DNA of 64,000 nucleotides, from assembly GCA_045534635.1 (NCBI GenBank), contig JAZSKB010000051.1, positions 4,663 to 68,662 of the forward strand, given 5' to 3'. The DNA comes from Bacteroidales bacterium. GTDB lineage: Bacteria > Bacteroidota > Bacteroidia > Bacteroidales > WCHB1-69. This document shows positions 56,931-64,000 of the stretch, one piece after another. A program made the position numbers and the translations under genes. The notes beneath the pieces were generated by a model. It did not search any database. It saw only the letters and a list, made by a program, of their open reading frames with translations, and was not told the origin of the DNA. Positions within the stretch are counted from its first letter, which is position 1; each line of letters opens with the position of its first letter.

Positions 56931-58451
56931 ATGGCAAATAATGAAGAGTTATTTAAAAAAATAGTTGCTCATGCCAAAGAATATGGCTTTATTTTTCCAT
57001 CAAGTGAAATATACGATGGATTGAGTGCGGTGTACGATTATGGACATTTGGGAGTAGAATTGAAAAACAATATAAAACAATATTGGTGGAAATCTATGGT
57101 GCAAATGCACGAAAATATTGTAGGCATAGATAGTTCAATATTTATGCACCCAACAGTATGGAAAGCCTCTGGTCACGTAGATGCATTCAACGACCCAATG
57201 ATAGACAACAAAGATTCTAAAAAAAGATATAGAGCCGATGTACTTATTGAAGATTATGTAGCAAAAATAGAAGAAAAAATCAAAAAAGAAGTTGAAAAAG
57301 CGTCAAAACGATTTGAAAACTTCGATGAAAATATGTTTAGAAGTACTAATGCTCGAGTAAAAGAATACCAATCCAAAATTGATGATATAAATACACGTTT
57401 TGCAACGGCAATGAGCGAAAATAATTTGCCTGCAGTAAAATCATTAATAGAAGAATTGGGAATTGCTTGTCCAATTTCAGGAACAAAAAATTGGACAGAT
57501 GTCCGTCAATTCAATTTAATGTTTGCAACACAAATGGGTTCAACCACAGAAGGAACAGATGTTGTTTATCTTCGACCAGAAACCGCCCAAGGAATTTTTG
57601 TGAATTTTCTCAATGTACAAAAAACAGGACGAATGAAAATACCATTTGGTATAGCCCAAATAGGAAAAGCCTTTCGTAATGAAATTATTGCAAGACAATT
57701 TATTTTCCGTATGCGAGAATTTGAACAAATGGAAATGCAATTTTTTGTTCGTCCGGGAGAAGAATTAAAATGGTTTGCTTATTGGAAAGAAGAACGTATG
57801 AAATGGCACCAATCTATTGGTATAGAGGAAAAAAAATATCGTTATCATGACCACGAAAAATTAGCACATTATGCCAATGCTGCCACAGATATAGAATTTG
57901 AATTTCCTTTTGGATTTAAAGAATTAGAAGGTATTCATTCTCGTACCGATTTTGATTTATGTGCTCATCAAAAATATTCTAATAGAAAATTGCAATATTT
58001 TGATACAGAACTCAATGAAAGTTATGTTCCTTATGTTGTTGAAACCTCTGTTGGTTTGGACAGAACATTTTTGGCAATTCTTAGCAATGCGTACAAAGAA
58101 GAACAATTGGAAGATGGTTCTACACGTACCGTTCTCAATATACCACCATTTTTAGCACCATATAAAGTGGCAGTATTGCCATTGGTAAAAAAAGATGGTA
58201 TGCCAGAAAAGGCTCGAGAAATTTTGGCTACATTGCAAGAAAATTACAATTGTCAATACGATGAAAAAGATGCTATCGGAAGAAGGTATCGTCGTCAAGA
58301 TGCTATTGGTACTCCATTTTGCGTAACTGTTGACAATCAAACAATAGAAAACAATATGGTAACAATTAGAAATAGAACAACAATGTTGCAAGAACATGTT
58401 GCCATTGATAATTTAGAAAATAGAATTGCTGACCTATTAAAAAATAGATAA
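56931..58451 (+). CDS. glyQS: Glycine--tRNA ligase (dimeric class II type)
   Basis: 506 aa. Contains FIFPSSEIYDGL, YLRPETAQGIF, QIGKAFRNEI.PR-like and VVETSVGLDR blocks. Confidence 0.93.
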   Translation: MANNEELFKKIVAHAKEYGFIFPSSEIYDGLSAVYDYGHLGVELKNNIKQYWWKSMVQMHENIVGIDSSIFMHPTVWKASGHVDAFNDPMIDNKDSKKRYRADVLIEDYVAKIEEKIKKEVEKASKRFENFDENMFRSTNARVKEYQSKIDDINTRFATAMSENNLPAVKSLIEELGIACPISGTKNWTDVRQFNLMFATQMGSTTEGTDVVYLRPETAQGIFVNFLNVQKTGRMKIPFGIAQIGKAFRNEIIARQFIFRMREFEQMEMQFFVRPGEELKWFAYWKEERMKWHQSIGIEEKKYRYHDHEKLAHYANAATDIEFEFPFGFKELEGIHSRTDFDLCAHQKYSNRKLQYFDTELNESYVPYVVETSVGLDRTFLAILSNAYKEEQLEDGSTRTVLNIPPFLAPYKVAVLPLVKKDGMPEKAREILATLQENYNCQYDEKDAIGRRYRRQDAIGTPFCVTVDNQTIENNMVTIRNRTTMLQEHVAIDNLENRIADLLKNR

Positions 58452-58453
58452 TT

Positions 58454-58963
58454 ATGGTTATTGATAATTTAAATATGATAGTTGCAATTGGTAATAATTA
58501 TGAAATTGGTTGCCAAAACGAACTTTTGTGTCATTTGCCCAATGACCTAAAACATTTTAAAAATGTAACAAGTGGTCATACGGTAATTATGGGAGAAAAT
58601 ACTTATCTTTCTTTACCTCACAAACCACTTGCAGGTAGAAAAAATATTGTATTGACACTCAATACTATGCAAATATATGCCGCTTGTCACATGGCTTATT
58701 CTATCGAACAGGCTTTGGCATTGTCACAAAACGATGAAAAAGTATTTATTATGGGAGGTGCTTCCATTTATAAACAATTTTTGCCAATGGTTTCAACGCT
58801 TTATTTGACAAAAATTCATGCAGATTTTCCCAACGCAGATGCTTTTTTTCCTAAATTAGATTTTTCTGAATGGCAATTACAAGAAAATATCGAAAATAAA
58901 GCCGATGAAAAACATCTTTATGATTACTCATTTTGTATTTATAAAAGAATTAATAAACAATAA
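58454..58963 (+). CDS. folA: Dihydrofolate reductase
   Basis: 169 aa. Contains MIVAIGNNYEIG, LPNDLKHFKNVTSGHTVIMG, RKNIVLT and IMGGASIYKQF. Confidence 0.9.
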   Translation: MVIDNLNMIVAIGNNYEIGCQNELLCHLPNDLKHFKNVTSGHTVIMGENTYLSLPHKPLAGRKNIVLTLNTMQIYAACHMAYSIEQALALSQNDEKVFIMGGASIYKQFLPMVSTLYLTKIHADFPNADAFFPKLDFSEWQLQENIENKADEKHLYDYSFCIYKRINKQ

Positions 58964-58975
58964 AATATTAAGACA

Positions 58976-59533
58976 ATGAAACAATTTTATGTAATAGGAT
59001 TTTTAATGCTCATGGTATGCAATTTTGCATTGGCACAAAAAACACAACATACTTCATTCCCAGAAATGCCAATAGATGAAAATACAAAATTGGTAACCTA
59101 TCGTAAAGTAGTTCAACAAACAGGAAATTCAGAAGTTTTATACGAAAGAGCCTTAAAATGGGCAAATACTTATTATTCTAATCCAACAATAGTTATCACC
59201 AAAGCCGACAAAAACAATAAAGTAATAGAATGTGTCTCCAATATAAAAATATCTTCTTTGGCAAAAGATGGTAAAACATGGACAGCCGCAGGTTTTGTAT
59301 ATTATACATTATCTATTGAAGCCAAAGACAATAGATACAGATATACAATTACCGATATTCACAAACGAGAATCTGCACGTTTTCCTATAGAAAAATGGCT
59401 TGATAATTCTCGCCCAGAATGGTCTGCTGTTCGTTACGACCATTTACATCAAATAGATGAGGCTGTTCGTAAATTGATGGAAGATTTGGAAAAAGGTATG
59501 GAACCTGAAAAAGTTATCATTGATGAATGGTAA
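58976..59533 (+). CDS. DUF4468-like secreted protein
   Basis: 185 aa with a signal peptide. VTYRKVVQQTG.SEVLYERALKWANTYY fits the recalled DUF4468 pattern. Confidence 0.55.
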   Translation: MKQFYVIGFLMLMVCNFALAQKTQHTSFPEMPIDENTKLVTYRKVVQQTGNSEVLYERALKWANTYYSNPTIVITKADKNNKVIECVSNIKISSLAKDGKTWTAAGFVYYTLSIEAKDNRYRYTITDIHKRESARFPIEKWLDNSRPEWSAVRYDHLHQIDEAVRKLMEDLEKGMEPEKVIIDEW

Positions 59534-59807
59534 TACACAATATCAACAAGAATATCAACTACAAGAAAATGTGTTAGATAATCATTCTTACACATTGTGG
59601 TTAATCAATGATAATTACAATACATTTGAATATGTAATAGATGCTTTGATAAATTTATGTGGGCATAATTACGAACAAGCAATGCAATGTGCTTGGATAA
59701 CACATACCAAAGGAAAATGTGATGTTTATTATGCTTTGCTTGATGAGATAAAAATTATAGCAGAAAAAATGTTAGACAAAGGGCTTACCGTAAAAATAAC
59801 ACGATAA
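59523..59807 (+). CDS. clpS: ATP-dependent Clp protease adaptor ClpS
   Basis: ~94 aa. YTLWLINDNYNTFEYVIDALINLCGHNYEQAMQCAWITHTKGKC fits the ClpS core. Confidence 0.85.
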   Translation: MNGNTQYQQEYQLQENVLDNHSYTLWLINDNYNTFEYVIDALINLCGHNYEQAMQCAWITHTKGKCDVYYALLDEIKIIAEKMLDKGLTVKITR

Positions 59808-61708
59808 TGGATATTCATGCTATTTTAAAACGGTATTGGGATTACGACCTATTTCGTCCCAAACAAGAAGATATTATCTTATCCGTTTTAAATGGCAATG
59901 ATACATTGGCATTGCTTCCTACCGGTGGCGGAAAATCTATTTGTTTTCAAGTGCCAGCATTGGCAAAAAATGGTATTTGTATTGTGGTAACACCACTTAT
60001 CGCTTTAATGAAAGACCAAGTGGAAAACTTACAAATCCGTGGTATCAATGCTGCTGCAATTTATACTGGTTTGCCCAATCGAGAAATTGAAAAAATATTG
60101 CGACAATGTGAACAAGGAGAATATAAATTTCTCTATTTATCGCCAGAACGACTAAAAAACAAATTGCTTATTAATAGTGTTCTTAAAATGAATGTCAATT
60201 TTTTGGTTGTCGATGAGGCTCATTGTATTTCTCAATGGGGATACGATTTTCGACCACCATATTTAGAGATAGCCCAATTTAGAAAAAATTTACCTCCTCA
60301 AACACCTGTTTTAGCACTTACGGCAACAGCTACCCCCGATGTTGTAAAAGACATTCAACAAAAACTTGATTTTAAAAAAGAAAATGTAATACAAAAAAGT
60401 TTTTTACGAGAAAATCTTATTTATGTTGTTCTCGAAACCGAAAACAAAGAAAAAAGACTTTTGCAAATTGTGCGAAATTTACAAGGAACTGGCATCATTT
60501 ATGTTAGAAATAGAAAAAAAACTATGGAAATAGCCCATTTTTTAATAGAAAATGGAATAACTGCCGATTTTTATCATGCTGGATTAGAAGTAAGTGTTAG
60601 AGAAAAAAAACAAAACGATTGGAAAAATGATAAAATACGTATCATCGTTTCTACCAATGCTTTTGGTATGGGTATTGACAAACCTGATGTTCGTTTTGTA
60701 ATTCATTTGGATATTCCTGATACTTTGGAGGCTTATTTTCAAGAAGCTGGCAGAGGTGGTCGTGATGAAAAACGTGCATACGCAATAACATTATACAATA
60801 ATACCGATATTATCAACCTGAAAAAGAATTTTGAATCTTCATTTCCTCAAGAAAAGGATATTTTAGCAATTTATCAACATTTATGTAATTTTTATCATCT
60901 TCCTATTAATGAAGGAAAAGGATTATCTTTCGATTTTGATAGTACGCTTTTTGCAAATACTTATCAGTTATCGCCATTGTTAATTTATCATTCTTTAACA
61001 TTTTTAGAACGTATGGAATGGATTTTGTTGACAGATTCCATCAAAAACACTTCCAAAGTCAATATTGCTGTTGATAGTGAAGAATTATATCAAATAAGAA
61101 AGAATTATCCAAAATACAGCAATTTTATAGAAACATTGTTACGTTCTTATCAAGGATTGTTTTCTGTTTTGTCGCCTATCAATGAAGATGAAATTGCACA
61201 GCGAACTAATCTTGATAAACAAGAGGTTATTTTGCGATTGCAAGAATTGAATAAATTAGGTATTATCATTTACGAACAACAAACAAAATATCCGAAAATA
61301 CACTTTCTCGAATCTCGAATTGACCCAAAATTTGCGAAAATATCAAAAGAAGTATATATCCATCGCAAAAAAGTAGCCAACAAACAATTAGAGGCTGTTA
61401 TTAGTTATATCAAATCAGAACAAAAATGTCGTAGTAAAATACTTTTAAAATATTTTGGAGAAAATAGTACTATCGATTGTGGTTATTGCGATGTGTGTAT
61501 AGCACGAAAAAGAGCAAACAAAATGGACGCTTTTATGACAAAAATAATTGAGGATATAACAAATATTTTAAATGAAAAAACATTATCAATAGAAGAATTG
61601 AAAGAATTGTTACCATATAAAGAAAATGATATTATTGTTGCAATTCGATTTTTACTTGGGAAAGAAATTATTTATCAAGATGTAGAAAAAAAATTTTTCA
61701 AAAAATAA
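59807..61708 (+). CDS. recQ: RecQ-family ATP-dependent DNA helicase
   Basis: 633 aa. Contains FRPKQEDII, PTGGGKS, DEAHCISQWGYDFRP, TATAT, and a zinc cluster (CRSKILLKYFGE...CGYCDVC). TAATG overlap with clpS. Confidence 0.88.
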   Translation: MDIHAILKRYWDYDLFRPKQEDIILSVLNGNDTLALLPTGGGKSICFQVPALAKNGICIVVTPLIALMKDQVENLQIRGINAAAIYTGLPNREIEKILRQCEQGEYKFLYLSPERLKNKLLINSVLKMNVNFLVVDEAHCISQWGYDFRPPYLEIAQFRKNLPPQTPVLALTATATPDVVKDIQQKLDFKKENVIQKSFLRENLIYVVLETENKEKRLLQIVRNLQGTGIIYVRNRKKTMEIAHFLIENGITADFYHAGLEVSVREKKQNDWKNDKIRIIVSTNAFGMGIDKPDVRFVIHLDIPDTLEAYFQEAGRGGRDEKRAYAITLYNNTDIINLKKNFESSFPQEKDILAIYQHLCNFYHLPINEGKGLSFDFDSTLFANTYQLSPLLIYHSLTFLERMEWILLTDSIKNTSKVNIAVDSEELYQIRKNYPKYSNFIETLLRSYQGLFSVLSPINEDEIAQRTNLDKQEVILRLQELNKLGIIIYEQQTKYPKIHFLESRIDPKFAKISKEVYIHRKKVANKQLEAVISYIKSEQKCRSKILLKYFGENSTIDCGYCDVCIARKRANKMDAFMTKIIEDITNILNEKTLSIEELKELLPYKENDIIVAIRFLLGKEIIYQDVEKKFFKK

Positions 61709-61729
61709 TTTTTTTTAAAGAAAATATGT

Positions 61730-61737
61730 TACCTTTG
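61730..61737 (+). promoter_or_regulatory. -7 box (TACCTTTG) for tRNA-Thr
   Basis: Exact TAnnTTTG match ending 7 nt before tRNA position 1. Confidence 0.6.
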
Positions 61738-61744
61738 CATACCT

Positions 61745-61817
<73 letters not shown>

Positions 61818-61895
61818 CAAAGTAAAAAATAAGTCTATCAGAGACTTATGCAGTATAGTTAGTAAAAATATTTTTCTTAATTTAATTGTATAACC

Positions 61896-62951
61896 ATGGA
61901 CATTAATAAAAAAAATGTACTATTGTTAATATTTATAGTACTTTGTGGGATAAATTATGCCCAAACAAATCAAAATGTGATTGTGAAAGTAGCAAATAAT
62001 TCAAAAACGGCATCTTTATACAATCAAGGTGTTAATTTGTTTATAACCGGAAAAAAGACAGAAGCACTTGCAAAATTTGATGCTTGCATTGATAAAGATA
62101 AATCTTTTTATAAATCATTTTTAGCAAAAGGATATTTATTGTTATTGGATGCTCACTATCAAGAATCGTTAGATTATTTTTACACATATAAAAAAAATAG
62201 TAAAGACAAAGCAATTGTTAATGAATGTATTGCAGAAGCACATTATGGTTTAGAAGATTATATGTCTGCAATTGCTTCAATAGATGAGGCTATCAAAGAA
62301 GAGCCTAACAATATTCGTTTACTTAGAAAAAAGGTAACTTTTTTAATTTCTACAACACGTTACAACGAAGCAATACAAAATTTAAATACTGCTATTGCAA
62401 AAAATACTTCTCAAAATGATATTTTGCTTGAAGAACGTGCTGCTGTAAAAATACTAATCAAAGATTTCAATGGTGCTATTGCAGATTATAATACGCTTAT
62501 CAAAAAAAATCCAAATCAAGCAGCCTATTATACTAATCGTGGTATCGCAAATGAACATCTTAAAAATAACAAAGAAGCCATCGCCGATTTTGACAATGCT
62601 ATTGCCCTTGATTCCAACAACTTAGAGAATTACAATCATCGTGCGGTGGTATATATTGATGAAGAAAAATACGATGATGCGAAAAAAGATTTAAATTATG
62701 TTATCAGCAAAGAACCTAAAAACGCTATTGCATATAATAATCTTGGCATTGTTTATTTTAAAGAAAATCGTATTGTTGAAGCGATAGATTTTTACGACAA
62801 AGCGATTCAATACAAAAATGATTATGGACAAGCCTATTACAATAGAGGAATTTCTAAAAATTATATAGATAAAGAATCCGCAAAAGAAGATTTAAATAAA
62901 GCCATTTCTTATGGTGTAATAGAAGCAGCAAGATTTTTACATACATTTTAA
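61896..62951 (+). CDS. Tetratricopeptide-repeat protein with signal peptide
   Basis: 351 aa with multiple TPR units (e.g. AYYTNRGIANEHLKNNKEAIADFDNAIALD). Confidence 0.8.
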   Translation: MDINKKNVLLLIFIVLCGINYAQTNQNVIVKVANNSKTASLYNQGVNLFITGKKTEALAKFDACIDKDKSFYKSFLAKGYLLLLDAHYQESLDYFYTYKKNSKDKAIVNECIAEAHYGLEDYMSAIASIDEAIKEEPNNIRLLRKKVTFLISTTRYNEAIQNLNTAIAKNTSQNDILLEERAAVKILIKDFNGAIADYNTLIKKNPNQAAYYTNRGIANEHLKNNKEAIADFDNAIALDSNNLENYNHRAVVYIDEEKYDDAKKDLNYVISKEPKNAIAYNNLGIVYFKENRIVEAIDFYDKAIQYKNDYGQAYYNRGISKNYIDKESAKEDLNKAISYGVIEAARFLHTF

Positions 62952-62961
62952 ATTTAAAAAG

Positions 62962-64000
62962 ATGAAAAGCATGTCAAATAAAAATAAAAGTATTCAAAAT
63001 TTGTGCAAAAATATTATAATTTTTGCAATATTGTGTTGTAGTAGTATTTTAAATGCTCAAACTATTTCTTTGGAAGATTATCCCAAATCTGTAAAAAAAT
63101 TAATAAAAAAAGGAGATAAAATATTAACGGCTCATTCTCCTCATCATCGTGAATATTACATTGCTTTCGATTTGTATGCTCAAGCATATAGTAAAGCTCC
63201 TTCTTCTATTGCTGTTCAATATCGATATGCTATTTGTAATTTAAAATTAAAAGATAATACCCATTTTATTGAAAGTTTAGACATTTTAAACAATATTGTT
63301 AAAAACTATCCAGAAATAAGTACCGATATATGGTATCATTTAGGTATTGCATATAGAGAAAAATGGTTACTTGATAGTAAAAGAAATTTGTATTCTGTTC
63401 AAAAAAATGCATTAGATTCTGCAATAATTTATTTCAAAAAACAAATTACAACTAATGCAAATGCTGTTTATTCTCAAAAAGCACAACGGGCTATTGAAGA
63501 ATGTGAATATGCACTTGCTTCATTGAAAATATTTAACAATAATTTTATTCAACCTTTTGACAAACTTAATTCTGAATACGATGATTTTAATCCTCAATAT
63601 AGAATTGAAGATAGTGTTTGGATATTTTCTACATTACGACCAAAAAATGCTTCTATAAAATATGGGTTAGGAAGTTCTTACGGATATAGTGTTTCTGATT
63701 CTACAATAACTTCTATCAACAATTTTGAGGTTGCTCTAATTACATCTATTCACCCTAATGGTGATGGTTTTTTAACTTGTTTCGACGGAAATATCTACGA
63801 ATACAACAAAAATATTAAAGGCAGAACACGTATTGAAAAACCTATTAATGTTATCAATAGTAAACAATTCAATGAAATTAATGCTACTTACGCAGATGAC
63901 GGTAATACCATTTATTTTTCAACCAATTGTCCTGATGGTTATTACAGTAATAATGACAAATCTACCAATAACAATAATTACAATATTTACAAAATTACGC
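62962..64000 (+). CDS. Secreted TPR / TolB-like (PD40) repeat protein, 3'-truncated by the window end (likely OmpA-family type)
   Basis: Hand translation from the ATG at 62962 is open to base 64000. A signal peptide (IIIFAILCCSSILNAQ) and TPR-like helices are followed by segments such as DDGNTIYFSTN typical of PD40 repeats. It is absent from the ORF track because no stop lies in the window. Confidence 0.55.
   Translation, partial: MKSMSNKNKSIQNLCKNIIIFAILCCSSILNAQTISLEDYPKSVKKLIKKGDKILTAHSPHHREYYIAFDLYAQAYSKAPSSIAVQYRYAICNLKLKDNTHFIESLDILNNIVKNYPEISTDIWYHLGIAYREKWLLDSKRNLYSVQKNALDSAIIYFKKQITTNANAVYSQKAQRAIEECEYALASLKIFNNNFIQPFDKLNSEYDDFNPQYRIEDSVWIFSTLRPKNASIKYGLGSSYGYSVSDSTITSINNFEVALITSIHPNGDGFLTCFDGNIYEYNKNIKGRTRIEKPINVINSKQFNEINATYADDGNTIYFSTNCPDGYYSNNDKSTNNNNYNIYKIT

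Overview
This is an AT-rich chromosomal window from a Bacteroidota organism, probably an anaerobic Bacteroidales-like one. The phylum call rests on a T9SS C-terminal sorting domain, gldF/gldG, TAnnTTTG -7 promoter boxes in front of most operons, an rnf operon and a Na+-pumping methylmalonyl-CoA decarboxylase operon. About 50 kb is a housekeeping backbone: thyA, nadC, pfkA, dxs, hldD, gldFG, mmdABC plus epimerase, a BamA-like protein, lolA-like, ftsK, rnfCDGEA, glyQS, folA, clpS, recQ, apt, mntP and tRNA-Thr(CGU). Three accessory regions stand out. (1) An ~8 kb visibly GC-richer island (~30.09-38.03 kb) lies between ftsK and the rnf operon. It holds eight orphan secreted or membrane proteins plus gene fragments, organised around two repeat families. 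One is a leader element found directly upstream of two start codons and once with no gene behind it. The other is a divergent-promoter module. (2) A defence islet (43.1-47.4 kb) encodes a RhuM/Doc-type protein and McrBC. It sits where rnfB would be expected, and the rhuM gene is flanked by a duplicated promoter segment. (3) A tandem triplication (50.1-52.5 kb) encodes lipoprotein paralogs with conserved frameworks and variable patches. Copies 1 and 2 each sit behind a canonical sigma-54 promoter; the motif before copy 3 has decayed. Other points of interest are a DUF4301-DUF2156-GNAT operon with overlapping stop/start codons, a steroid-5-alpha-reductase-family plus Old-Yellow-Enzyme gene pair, and dispersed intergenic repeats. 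All functional calls come from reading the translated ORFs and recalling motifs; no database search was run.
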